Positions 1 to 16,140 are shown, numbered from the stretch's first letter. The stretch: DNA of 64,000 bases from the human T2T-CHM13v2.0 reference genome, Homo sapiens (GCF_009914755.1 NC_060927.1); one strand, 5' to 3'. Notes: generated by a model not told the origin, from the sequence alone. Numbers and translations: made by a program.

Positions 1-3000
1 CACCATATCATGCTATAAAATAGTATGTCTTATTCATTCTTTCTATTTTTTTTTGGTACCCATTAACCATCCCCACCTCCCCCTCAACCCCCAGCTACCC
101 ATCCCAGCCTCTGGTTACCATTTTTCTACTCTCTGTCTCCACAAGTTCAATTGTTTTAAATTTTAGCTCCCACAAATAAGTGAGAACGTGCAAAGTTTAT
201 CTTTCTGTGCCTGCCTTATTTCACCTAACATAATTATCTTCAGTTCTATCCATGTTGTTTCAAATGACAGGATCCCATTCTTTTTATGGCTGAATAGTAA
301 TCCATTACGTATGTGTACCACATTTTCTTTACCCATTCATCTGTTGATGGACACTTAGGTTGCTTCCAAATCTTGATTACTGTAAATAGTGCTGTGCTTA
401 TGGGGTATCACTCAAGAAATCTTTGCCCAGAACAATGTCCTGGAGATTTTCTCCCAAAGTTTTCTTGTAGTAGTTTCACAGATTGAAGACTTAGATTTAA
501 GTCTTCAGTCAATTTTGATTTTATTTTTGTATATGGTGAGAGATAGGATCCAGTTTCATTATTCTGCATATGGCTATCCAGTTTTCCCAGCAACTGGGAA
601 AGACTATCTTTATTGAAAAGACTATCTTTCCCTCAGTGTATGTTCTTGGCAACTTTGTGGAAAATGAGTTCACTATAGATATATGAATTTGTTTCTGGGT
701 TCTCTATTCTGTTTCATTGGTCAATATGTCTGTTTTTATGCCAGTAACATGATGTTTTGGTTACTATTCTTCTGTAGTACAACTTGAAGTCAGGTAATGC
801 GATTCCTCTAGTTTTATTCTTTCTCCTCAGGATAGCTTTGGCTATTCTGGGTCTTTTTTGGTTCCATATAAATTTTAGCATTGTTATTTCTATTTCTGTG
901 AAGAATGCCATTGGTATTTTCATAGAGATTGCATTGAATCTGTAGATTTCTTTGGGTAGTATGGACATTTTAACAATATTCATTCTTTCAATTCATGAAC
1001 ATGGAATATTTTTCTCTTTTTTTCTGTGTCCTCTTCAATTTCTTTCATCAATGTTTTATAGTTGCCATTGTAGAGATTTTTCACTTCTTTGGTTAAGTTA
1101 ATTCCTATGTATTTTATTTTATTTGTAACTATCATAAATGGGATTACTGTTCAGATTCTTTGCTGTTGGCATATAGAAATGCTATTGATTTTGTATGTTA
1201 ATTTTGTATTCTATAACTTTTGAACTTAGGAATTCTAATAGTTTTCTTGTGGAGTCTGCAGGTTTTTCAAAATATAAGATCATATCATCTGCAAACAAAG
1301 ATAATTTGAGTTCTTCCTTTCAAATTTGAATATTTTTTATTTCTTTCTCTCTCCTGATTGCTCTAGCTAGGACTTCCAATATTATGTTAAATAACAGTGG
1401 TGACAGTGAGAATCCCTGTCATACTCCAGATCTTAGAGGAAAGGCTTTCAGTTTTTCCTCATTAGTATGATACCAGCTATGGGTTTGTCATATATGACTT
1501 TTATTATGTTGAGGTATGTTCCTTCTATCCCCAGTTTTTTAAAGGCTTTTTACCATGAAGGGATGTTGAATTTTATCAAATGCTTTTTCGGTATCAACTG
1601 AAATGATCATATGTTTTTTGCCCTCCATTCTGTTGATACAATGTATCACATTGATTGATTTGTGTATGTTGAACCATTCTTGCATCCCTGGGTTAATCTC
1701 ACTTGCCCATGGTGAATGATCTTTTTAATGTGCTGTTGAAGTCAGTTTGCTAGTATTTTGTTGAGGACTTTTTCATCAACATTAATCAGTGATATTGGCC
1801 TGTAGTTTTCTCCTTTTTTGATGTGTCTTTGTCACATTTTGGTATCAGGGTAATGTAGCCTCATAGAATGAGGTTGGAAGTATTCCGTCCTCATCTATTT
1901 TTTGAAATAGTTTGAGTAGGATTGGTATATATTTATTCTTTAAATGCTCAGTAGAATTCAGCAGAGAAGCCATAGGGTCCTGGGCTTTTCTTTACTTGGA
2001 GACTTTTTATGATGCTTCAATCTCATTACTTGTTATTGGTCTATTCAGGGTTTCAATTTCTTCATGGTTCAATCTTGGTAGGTTTTATATGTCTAGGAAT
2101 TTGTCAATTTTTTCTAGATTTTCCAATGTATTGGCTTAAAGTAGCCAGTAATAATCCTTTGAATTTCTTTGGTATCAATTGTAATGTTTCCTTTTTCATC
2201 TCTAATTTTATTTATTTGAGTCTTCTCCCTTTTTTTCTTAGTTACTTAGGCTAGAAGTTTGTCAATTTTGCTTATCTTTTTTTAAAAAAACTTTGTTTTG
2301 TTGATATTTTATATTGTTTTCTTCATTTCAATTTCATTTGTCTTTATTATTTCTGTGATGTTTATTATTTCTTTTCTTCTAATTTGGGGTTTGGTTTGCT
2401 CTTACTTTTCTAATTCTTTAAGATGCATCATTAGGTTATTTATTCGAAGTTTTTCTTCTTTTTTGACATGGGTGCTTATAATTATAAACTTCCCTCTTAG
2501 TACTGCTTTTGCTGTATTCTACAGGTTTTGGAATCTTGTGTTTTCGCTATCATTTGTTTCAAAAAATTTTTCAATTTCCTTCTTAATTTCTTCATTGACC
2601 TACTGGTCATTCAGGAATATAATGTTTAATTTCCATATGTTTGTAATATAGTTTCCAAATTTCCTCTTGTTATTAATATCTAGTTTTATCCCATTGTGAT
2701 CAGAGAAGATATTTGAAATTATTTTAATTTTTTTAATGTTTTAAGACTTTTTGGTGACTTAACATATAGTCTATCAGTGAGAATGGTCCATGTGCTGAGG
2801 AGAACAATGTATATTCTGCAGCTCCTGGATGAAACGTTCTGTAAATATCTATTTAGGTCCATTCGGTCTAAAGTGCAGATTAAGTCCAATGTTTCTTTGT
2901 CGATTTTCTGTCTAGAGATCAGTCCAACGCTGAAAGTGGGCTGTTGAAGTCTCCAGCTATTATTTTACTGGAGCCTATGTCTCTCTTTAGAAATAATAAT

Positions 3001-3910
3001 ATTTGCTTTATATATATGAGTGCTCCAGTATTGGGTGCATATATATTCACAATTGTTATATTGTCTTGCTGAACTGACCATTTTATCATTATATAACTAT
3101 CTTCTTTGTCTCATCTTATAGTTTTGTCTTAAAATCTATTTTGTCTGATATAAGTGTCATTTCTCCTACTCTTTTTTGGTTTCCAATGGCATGAAATATC
3201 TTTTTCCATCCCTTTATTTTCAGTCTTTGTGTGTCTCTATAGGGTAAGTGTGTTTCTTGTAGAGAACAGATCAGTGGGTTTTGTTTTTTAATCCACTCAG
3301 CCACTCTATGTCTTTTTATTGAAGAGTTTATTCTATTTACATTCAATGTTGTTATTGATAAACAGTGACTTACTCCTGCCAATTTTTTATTTGTTTTCTG
3401 GTTGTTTTCTAGTCTTTTTTTCTTTCTTTCCTTCCTGTCTTCCTTTAAGTGGAGATTATTTTCTCTGGTAGTATGTTTTAATGTATTGCTTTATATTTTT
3501 GTGTAGCTTTTGTATTTTATTTGAGGTTATCATGACACTTGCGAATACTATCTTATAATTCGCTATTTTAAACTTATAATGACAACACTGATTGTATACA
3601 CAAACAAGGAAGCAAAAGAAAACTAATAAAAGCCCGACATTTTAACTGTTCTCCACTTTTAACTTTTTATTGTTTCTATTTATATCTTACTATACTATCT
3701 CCGCCTTAAAAACTTGCTGTAGTTATTTTTGATTGGTTCATTTTTTAGTCTTTTTATTTAAGAACAGTTTTCACATCATACTTACAGAGTTAAAATATTC
3801 TATGTTTTTCTGTGTACTTAGTATTACTAGTAAATTTTGTACATTCAGATGATTTCTTATTACTCTTTAACATAATTTTTTTTCTGATTGAAGAGCTCCC
3901 TTTAGTATTT
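1..3910 (-). mobile_element. Old LINE-1 (L1MA-type), 3'UTR through ORF2 and the inter-ORF region; degraded
   Basis: Minus-strand ORF2 remnants 714..983 ([15 protein letters not shown]) and 3116..3382 (ORF2 start, MAGVSHCLSITTLNVN...LQETHL); L1MA-type 3'UTR at 1-390; runs off the window start. Confidence 0.93.
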
Positions 3911-4737
3911 CTTTTTTTATGTGTTACCAAATTTTACTTTAAGTTCAGGGATACATGTGCAGGATGAGCAGGTTTGTTACCTAGGTAAACATGTGTCGTG
4001 GTGGTTTGTTACACAGATCATCCCATCATCTAGGTATTAATACTACCATTTACTAGCTATTCTTCCTGATCCTCTCTCTCTTCCCACCCCTCACCCTCCG
4101 ACAGGATCCAGTGTGTGTTGTCCACCCCTTCATGTATTCATGTGTTCTCATCATTTAGCTCCCACTAGTAAGTGAGAACATGTGGTATTTGGTTTTCTGT
4201 TCCTGTGTTAGCTTGCTAAGGATAATGACCTCCAGCTTCATTCATGTCTTTGCAAAGAACATGATCTTGTTCCCTTTTATGGCTTCATAGTATTCAGTGG
4301 TGTATATGCAGCACATTTTCTTTATCCAGTGCATCATTGATGGGCATTTAGGTTGATTCCATGTCTTTACTATTGTGAATACTGCTACAATAAACATTCA
4401 TGTGTGTGTGTCTTCATGGTAGAATGCTTTGTATTCCTCTGGGCATGTATTCAGTAATGGGATTCCTGGATCTAATGGTATTTCTGCCTCTAGGTCTTTG
4501 AGGAATTTCCATCTTGCCTTCCACAATGATTGAACTAATTTACACTCCCATCAACAGGGTAAAAGTATTCCTTTTTCTCCATAACCTCGAAAGTATCTGT
4601 TGTTTTTTGACTTTTTTAATAATTGTCATTCTGATTGGTGTGAGATGGCATCTCACTGTGGTTTTGATTTGCATTTCTCTAATGATCAGTGATGTTCAGC
4701 TTTTTTTCATATGCTTTCTGGCCACATGTATGTCTTC
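3911..4737 (-). mobile_element. L1PA (older, L1PA13-16-like) 3' fragment nested in the L1MA
   Basis: Poly(T) at 3912, then TTTAAGTTCAGGGATACATGTGCAGG 3'UTR and ORF2 C-terminal sequence; cut by the THE1 LTR at 4738. Confidence 0.88.
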
Positions 4738-5362
4738 TGTATTAGTCTGTTTTCATGATGCTGATAAAGACATACTCGAGATTGGGGAAAAAATATAGAC
4801 TTAATGAACTTACAGTTCCATGTGGCTGAGGAGGCCTCACAGTCATGGCAGAAGGTGAAAGGCACTTCTTACATGGTGGCAGCCAAAGAGAGAGAGGTTG
4901 TGCAGGGGAACTCTTCTTTTTTTTTTTTTTTTTTCCGCCCAGGCTGGAGTGCAGTGGCACGATTTCGGCTCACTGCAACCTCTGCCTCCCAGGTTCAAGC
5001 AATTCTCTGCCTCAGCTGCCCGAGTAGCTAGATTTACAGGTGCCTGCCACCACACCCAGCTAATTTTTGTATTTTTAGTAGAGACGGGGTTTCACCATCT
5101 TGGCCAGGCTGGTCTTGAACTCCTGACCTCTTCATCCATCCACCTCAACCTCTCAAAGTGCTGGGATTACAGGCGTGAACCACCGTGTGTGGCTGGAACT
5201 CTTCTTTTTAAAACTATCAGATTTTATGAGTCTTATTCACTATCACGAGAACAGCATGATAAAGAAGTGCCCCCATGATTCAATTACCTCCCACTGGGTC
5301 CCTCCTACAACATGTGGGAATTCAAGATGAGATTTGGGTGGGGACACAGCCAAGCCACATCA
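4738..5362 (-). mobile_element. THE1 (ERVL-MaLR) 3' LTR, interrupted by an Alu
   Basis: Termini TGTATTAGTC...CAGCCAAGCCACATCA (reverse complement TGATGTGG...AATACA); polypurine tract immediately adjacent. Confidence 0.92.
4922..5194 (-). mobile_element. AluS, missing about 20 nt before the poly(A)
   Basis: Dimeric Alu; 15-bp TSD GGAACTCTTCTTTTT at 4907-4921 and 5195-5209. Confidence 0.96.
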
Positions 5363-5800
5363 TTCCACCCCCGGCCCCTCCCAAATCTCATGTCCTCACA
5401 TTTCAAAACCAATCATGCCTTCCCAACAGTCTCCCAAAGTCTTAACTCATTTCAGCATTAACTCAAAAGTCCACAGTCCAACACCTCATCTGAGACAAGG
5501 CAAGTCCCTTCCACCTATGAGCCTGTAAAATCTAAAGCAAGTTAGTTACTTCCTAGATACAATGGGGCTATAGGCATTGGGTAAATACAGCTGTTCCAAA
5601 TGTGAGAAAGTGGCCAAAACAAAGGGGCTACAGGCCCCATTCAAGTTCAAAACTCAGCAGCACAGTCAGATCTTAAAGGTCCAAAATGATCTCCTTTGAC
5701 TCCATGTCTCACATCCAGGTCATGCTGATGCAAGAGATTGGTTTCCATGGTCTTGGGCAGTTCCATCCCTGTGGCTCTGCAGGACACCTCCTCCCTCCCA
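5363..5800 (-). mobile_element. THE1 internal sequence (3' end, with PPT), truncated
   Basis: Minus-strand PPT GGGGCCGGGGGTGGAA directly before the LTR; CCCAAATCTCATGTCCTCACATTTCAAAACC is typical of THE1-int. Confidence 0.88.
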
Positions 5801-6159
5801 GGCTGGAGGTGAGGCCTGGTGGGAAGTGTTTGGATCATGCAGCAGATCCCTCATGGCTTGGTGTTGTCTTCAAGATAGTGAGTTTTCATGAGATCTGGTC
5901 ATTTAAGAGTGTGTGGCACCTCCCCGCCCCACTCTTTCTTGCACCTCCTTTTGCCATGTAACATGCCTACTACAAGGTGGAAATCCTTCAACTTCCACCT
6001 TGATTGTAAGCTTCCTGATACCTTCTTAGAAGTGGATCAGATGCTAGGAGCTTGCTTCCTGTAAAGCCTGCAGAACTGTGAGCTAGTTGAACCTTGTTTC
6101 TTTATAAATTACCTAGTCTCACATATTTTTTTATAAAAATGAAAAACTAGCCTAGTACA
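5801..6159 (+). mobile_element. MST-type (MSTA/MSTB) LTR lacking its 5' end
   Basis: GGAGGTGAGGCCTGGTGGGA...GCCTGCAGAACTGTGAGC...TTTATAAATTACC...CTAGTACA terminus. Confidence 0.85.
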
Positions 6160-7972
6160 GTGGTTTTGGATAAGACCTGGAAGAATTTTGAGATTACCAG
6201 GCAGAGACTCTTGTTCTCTTTCTTTACTTTCTCCCAAACAGTCTCTCTCTGTGCTGAGCCACCGGGGTCTGGGGGTAGGGGGACACAAGCATCCCTGTGG
6301 AAACCAGCACTGGGTCTGACCTGAAGCCAGCATGGCACTGGGTCTCACCCAAGGCCCACTGTAACCACTACCTGGCTACAGATTATGTTTCCTCAAGGTC
6401 CTAGTGCTCCAGAGTAAGTAGGTGGTGAAGCCAGCCAGGATTCTACCCTTTCCTTCAGGTTGGCAAATTCCCTTGGGCCCCAGGAAGTTCCAGAGATGCC
6501 ATCTTGGAGCCAGAGATTGGAGTCAAATACCTTAGAAATCTACCAGGTGCTCTAGTCTATTGCAGCTAAGCTAGCACTCAAGCCATATGACCAAGTCCTT
6601 CCCACTCTTTCCTCTCTTTTCCATAGGCAGAAGAGCCTCTACCCATGGCCACCACAACCACAGACCCATGGGAGGTACAGACAGGTTACCACTGATGTTC
6701 ACTTAAGGCCCAAGGGCTCTTTAGTCAGATTGTTGTGAATCCTAGTAGGCCTGAGACTCATCCTTCAGGGCAGTGGACTCCCCTCTGTCCCAAGGCAGAT
6801 ACAGAAATGCCATGCATGGGCTGAAGTGTGGAATCAGGGACCACAAGAGCCCACCTGATGCTCTCTATTCACCTGTGGTCGAGCTGGTACCTAAGGTACA
6901 AGACAAAGTCCCGTTTGCTTTCCCCTCAGCTTTTCTTAAGTAGGAGTTTCTCACAATAGCCACCAGAGCTGAGAATGTACTGAGTCTCATCTGAAGCCAG
7001 CATGTCTCAGAGTGCTCAGTATGCCCAAAGCCTAAGGCACACTACCTGGGTATTGCTACTGGTTATTCAGGGCCCAAGGGCTATTTAGTCAGCAAATGAT
7101 AAATCCTGCCACGACTGGGTTCTTCCCTTCAAGGCAGAAGGTTCCCTTCTGGCCCAGGGTGTGTCTACATATGCCATCCAGTAGCTCTGGCCTGGAACAA
7201 GGGCTTTATGATTGCCCAGTGCCTTATCCTACTGTGGCTGAGCTGGTATCCGAGGTGCAAGACAAAGTCCTCTTTACTCCCTCCTCCCTCCTCATCTCAA
7301 GCAGAAGGAAGGAGTCACTTTTGTTGCTGTGAGCTGCACTGCCCAGGTTTGGGGGAGGGGTGATGCAAACAATTCCTTAGCCATCGCAGCTGGTGTGTCA
7401 CTAGGTTGTGTTTCCCCCATGTCCACTGGCTCTGAGCCTAGCACAGCACTAGTACTTGCCTAGGAATTGCAGTCCTTGTGGCCTAGACAGCCTTTCAGAT
7501 TAATTTAGAACCCCAGAGCACTTTAGCCCATCATGGCAAGGCTTGCCAAAACTCAAGTTCCAAATGCTACGATGGGTGAGTCCCCTTTGGCCAGGGCTGG
7601 CTTAAATGCTCCTTCTATGGGCTGGTATCGGTGGACTTCTACCTGGTTTTGCTTTCCTCTGTAATAGAACAGCCCTGAGTTCTATGCAGGGCCCCACAGT
7701 TGCTGTACTCTCCCTCCCACAAGCACTCAGATTCTCTACACCACATGGCTGCTGCTGGAGAGGTGGGGCAGTGTGGAGGGAAGGGGGAAGGGTGGCATTA
7801 GTGATTGAAGACTGTCTTTGGTACCCTCTTCAGTACCTCTTTCAGAGATAAGAAGTTAAAACCAGATACTGTGATTGCTTACCTGATTTTTTATTCTTAT
7901 GAAGGTGCTTTTATTCCTACAGCACAGGAATGACTGGTGAAGGCTTCTATTCTGCCACCTTGCTCCATCCTC
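6160..7972 (-). mobile_element. 5'UTR of the old L1MA-type element, with internal repeats of 310-365 bp
   Basis: GC-richer L1M 5' region ending in GCCACCTTGCTCC (reverse complement resembles the GGAGCAAGATGGC L1 5' terminus); same strand as 1-3910. Confidence 0.8.
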
Positions 7973-8149
7973 TAATCTCTAAGTTTTTGGTGTATAGCAT
8001 GCCTCTGTCAATATCACTTCTTAGATACCTCACTTTCTTTATCCTAGTCCAATCCTCATGTTGATAAACATACACAGATATTCTGATGTTAAAATTTCTT
8101 CCCATTCCTTGAATAAGCTCTATTTGATCATGATGTATTTTATTTTATA

Positions 8150-11376
<3,227 letters not shown>

Positions 11377-11629
11377 TGATTCATTTTAATACTCCTTTAG
11401 ATTCAGTTAATATTTTATTTATACTTTTTGCATTTATAAGCAAAAATCAAGTGTGCTGATAATTTTCTTTCTTTTACAGTCTTCATCCCGTTTTGGAATT
11501 GTAGCTTCTTAAAAGGAGAAGGATAAGTTCCCTTATATTCTTTTTTTTTGGCAGTAATTTTTGTTACAGGTAATAATCTGCTCCTCTAAATCTTTCCAGG
11601 TCTGAAGCATATTATGGGGAGTGGGGGAA

Positions 11630-11785
11630 GTTTGAACAAGTCACTTTCATCTGGGCTTACATTTTACCCTTATGCAAAAATGGAGATAATGAAACCTATC
11701 TTGTAGATTTTTGGAGAGCTTAAAAGTTAATTTTTAAAAAGGACATAGCACTGAACATGACCCAAAGAAGATGCTTAATTGATAG
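11630..11785 (+). mobile_element. MIR fragment
   Basis: TTGAACAAGTCACTT...AAAAATGGAGATAAT core motif. Confidence 0.7.
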
Positions 11786-12309
11786 AAAATTAACAGCTTC
11801 TTGGGCTTCATTGACATTTTGGACTTATTCCCCTCCCCTTCCCCCTGATGTCTCTAGGCTTACATTATGGTGTTGGTCATTCTCTAAAATTTTATTTTAT
11901 TTTATCTCTATTATAATGCCTGTTGTTCTCTTTAATTTCAAGCACTGTTTCATTCTAGAAATTGCTGGTTAATTACTTTATGTTGGAATGTGGTAAAATA
12001 TTATGTTGGAAAAACCAACCAAAGTGCTTTCCAACTAATGTATTTCCTGTTACCCATGGCCCTTCTCCCCTTCAGGCAGATGTTTAGAGAGCTCTAGAGT
12101 TATTGCTCCAAGGAAGGGTTGGAAATGCTGAAACAGAATAAACAAAGTACAAATTACTTTTTTCTTTTAAAATTCTAGATTGTCAAGAGAAAAAAGTTAC
12201 ATGTATAAAATATACAGTAGAATTGGAAGATGGATCTAATGAGAATAACACTAAGGAAACACCATCCTTCAAAAACTAAAAGCTCCTTGATGAGGTGAGA
12301 GGATTGCAT

Positions 12310-13085
12310 TAACAAAGGCTGAAGGGACAGTGTGGGCTACTGAAATATGGGTCGGGTTGGGCTGGAACCTGCCCCTCTTCTGGGATCAGTTTGGGGTATA
12401 GAGATATAGCAGAAATCTCAGATAATTTGAGAGATTCCAGTGCAGGAGTAACCTATGCTTTCTTTCCCAGGTAGACACCAGGCGAAAGGCAAGATGCCAG
12501 AGTATAAATGACTTTGAGGTGTGTTCAGTCAGGTGAGATGTAGACAGCCTTATTATTGCCCACTGCCCAGTGAGATATGGGAGTGGTAAAAACGTACCTG
12601 CATCTGAGAAGAGCATGGAAAGGGTGAAGGGCTATAGTTGACCAAACCAAGTTTCCCAATCACAGTGAGATCCAGATTTGGAGAAAAATCCCAAAACCCA
12701 ACAGGGGCCTGGGTTAAGTGGGAGACAGCTGGACTCAAATGAGTCTAGCTGTTAGGTTGAAGACTGGTTTTGGGGATGAACTCAGAAAGGACCTGCATAG
12801 ACCAGCACTTAAAGATAGTGAGGAATGAGGACATCTCAGTAGGTGCCAGCATGGATAGCTGATGACCCAGCCTGCATGCTTCCTTTAGTGCCTTACATTA
12901 TTATGGAAGCCCATTAGAACCGAGACACCACTCCAACGAATAGGCAATGGGAAGAAATGGATTGAGCTAAAATTCCCACCAACTGGCCAGATGAAGTATT
13001 TATAATAAATTTTGTTTTATGTGGAAAAATCATGTTATGCTTCTTGCACACCTGAGTTTGTGGCATGAAATTTCTACCCACTATA
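12310..13085 (+). mobile_element. Ancient Gypsy-like LTR remnant (MamGypLTR/LTR85-like)
   Basis: 3' end TGCACACCTGAGTTTGTGGCATGAAATTTCTACCCAC resembles the 3' end of the element at 30100-30150. Confidence 0.4.
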
Positions 13086-14659
13086 TACCCATATTCCCAA
13101 ATTTTAAAAATGCTTATCGGAGATGTGGCAGTGTGGTCCTTTGGGACATGCCTGCTAATGGTTATTATCTCTTGCAAGTTATTCAAACTTTTTGCTTCAG
13201 TTTCCACATCTATAGATGGGAATGTAGTCTTTATTGTGGCCACACAATAATGAAATGAAATAATATATTGCAGAGTGCCTCACATCTAATTGGCATTCAA
13301 GGGTTATCATTTAGTTTCCTAACTCTAACTCCAGAGAGAAAATGTGAGAAAAATAGCTATAGAAATTTGAAAGAAAACAAAGAGCTTGGAGAAGGTATTT
13401 TTTGGAAGATTATTAATGCTGTTACTGCTAATTAGGAGACTGGGTGTGCATTTCCCAGGCAGGGACTGCAATCAGCAAAATTTTCAGTGTGATGCTCAGT
13501 ACAATTAGCAAGGCCAGGCCTGTTGATTTGCCACAACTCCAAATTCTTGTCAGCCTTTTTTAATCACCCTTTGCATCATCTCAGGAATCAACCGCATAAG
13601 ATCATGCCATTACTATCCCCTCCAGGGGATACCTACAGTATTATTCGTTTGAAGGAAAAGAGGAAACCTTGTAGATCTATCCTAGCAACAATAGATATTT
13701 CCCATAATGTAACATCATGAATTAACTCCCATGTAAACAAGAACTGGTTTTGTGTGTTTACTCATTGAGTGCTTCTAAAATTCTGAACAGAAAATTTGTG
13801 GGAAGTTGCCCTGTTTTCTTCAACTTAGCATATGGTATTAATGATTAAATAATGTCTCTATAATTAAACGTCATGTAGTGTTTCCTCACCTTGTGCTCAA
13901 ATTTTTACCATTTTAGATCAGAGATTTTTTTCTCTAAGTTTTAAATGGTATTCCAATGTCAACAGTTCTCTCTGGAAATGTGATAGAAAAACTATTTACA
14001 CTTACCTGCCCAACACTTTATGGGAATTTGTGAGTGACAGTAGATTGTTATAGAACTGCTTAGCAGTGTCTGAGGACTTAGCTCGTTCTCATTTATAAAA
14101 AGAAGGGTGAAGCCAAGTCATCTCTGATTACACGGAACACATATTATATAGTTTCTGGAACAGACTCAATTTCAAACATTCTATTCCTTTGGTCTCATAA
14201 GTAGATTCATTCCTTCCAGACCAAACGTTCAAAAAAGAATCTCAATTTACTTTAACAATTATTGCTGATTAAAATTTCTATGATTCTGTTACAGACAAGA
14301 AAATGAAGTGTCCCAGAAGAGGAAATGCAGTAAATGTGTTGGGGATAAAAAGAAGGTTAGAAAGCAAACAATTTCAGAAGGGAAGAAATGACCTCTAAAA
14401 GGGAAGCTGGGATGATAGCAAAGGCAATGTCAACGTCCTCACAATTTCACTTAGATTTTCCTGGCTACTCTGCAGAAGGCATGATAAGATAAATGCTTAT
14501 TGATTTCAAGATCAAGGCAACAGGATCCTTTCTGTTTAATTATTTCTTTGTAAGTTAAAAACTAAATGCTTTGGCAAGTGCTGTAAATACAAAGGGCAGG
14601 GGTATTCAGTGCCCTTAGAATCAATGGCAAGTTCAAGCTGTGTGTGACAAGGGATAACC

Positions 14660-16140
14660 ATTATTCATCCATTCATTCTAACAAAGTCTGTAAATGACTA
14701 CCATGCATTAGGTGATGGTCTGGTCACTGAAATATCAGAGACAGGTAAAGCTCAGTCTCTGTTCTTAAGGACCTCAGGGTTTAGAAGAAGAAAAAGACAT
14801 ATAAGTAAGTACAATAGAAATATAAACAAGAACCAAAGGTAGCTCAGGGGAAGTGAGTAACTCTTAGAGGAAAATATTAAATAAAGGATTTCTGGATGAG
14901 AGGATGTTTGAACTGAATTCTGAAGATGAATAAAAGTCCTTCTGGAGAAATAAAAACACCATTTTGGCAGAAATAATAGTATATGTGAATACATTTAGAA
15001 CAAAGCATGGAAACTATGTTTAGGATATTGTCATAAGCTTGGTATCTTTAGAGCATTTTGTGTAAGTGGTGAGGGGAGAAAATGGGAGGAGATAAAAAAC
15101 GTAAACGTAGGGTAGGGTAGATTATGAATGGATAGAAATGTCTCTTAAAGCATCTGAACTATACCCAAATGCCTAGGAGGAGAAAGTGAAGCATTCAAAG
15201 CAGAAGAAACCAGGAATGGGTTTGCCAGCAGCGTTGAGAATAAGTTGGAAGACAGAAATAAGTGAATTATAGACACAGATATATATTTTTGAGTAATCAG
15301 AAATAGTGAGAAATAAAGAGAGTCTTGCCTAAGACAGTGGTAGTGGAAAGAAAACAGCAGCAAGACTTAAGAGATAGTCAAGAAATATTCAATAGAATCT
15401 GGTGATGACTGATGTGAGGTGTGAGAGAGACTTCAAGTTCTCTGGTCCATGGAGAAGGAAGCATGTTGAATCTGAGAGGCCAGTAGACATCTACATAGCA
15501 GGAAATAATCGAGAGGGACTGCTGGTGTAAAGATATGAAGAGCACCAAATTCCATCACTTATTTATTTGATGCTTGCCTCATAGTAGTCACTCCTAACCC
15601 CAAAGGTCTCAGAGTCTCAGTAATCTCCAAAGAAGGTGCATGTAATTATAGAACACTGAGTTATTTAATTACACTACTAGAGGAAGTATACGGTGTGACG
15701 AGAGCATAGAGAAGGGTTCTTAACAAAGACTTGGCATAAGGTAGCATGGAGAGAGGGCAGCAGGCCAGGCAGGTTAGAGAAAAAAAAAAGTGTAAGCTGA
15801 CATCTAAAGACCTAGTAGAAATGAACCAGAAAAAAAGGAATACAGAAATTTTTCAAGCAGTGAAAGTCCCATGTGCCATGACCAGGAAGCGATAATGGGC
15901 ATGGCGTACCTGAGAAATTGTGGAATGTTCCATCGCTGGAGTGTCAAGTCTAAAAGGAGAACAGCAAGAGCTGAAGCTGGGAAAGTTAGCTTTGGCATGA
16001 TCATGGCACAAGCTATTTTATAGAACTTAAACTTTATCTAGTGTGCAAGAGAAAGCCACTTAAGGATTTTTTAGCAGGGTAGTGATACAATCAGATTTGT
16101 ATTTTAAAAACTCATTCCAGCTACTGTGTGGAAAATGAGA
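14660..16140 (-). mobile_element. L2 fragments
   Basis: ATTCATCCATTCATT L2 3' terminus followed by purine-rich degenerate L2 body. Confidence 0.75.

Noticed and set aside
4804-5278. ORFs with Alu-like peptides (also 18376, 20964, 45220, 62167)
   Set aside because: Alu translation artefacts
6240-7340. CRISPR-like or satellite array
   Set aside because: Eukaryotic DNA; long degenerate units inside an L1 5'UTR with no repeat-spacer structure
13997-14012. Perfect minus-strand donor CAG|GTAAGT
   Set aside because: Within MIR-like sequence, with no clear matching acceptor
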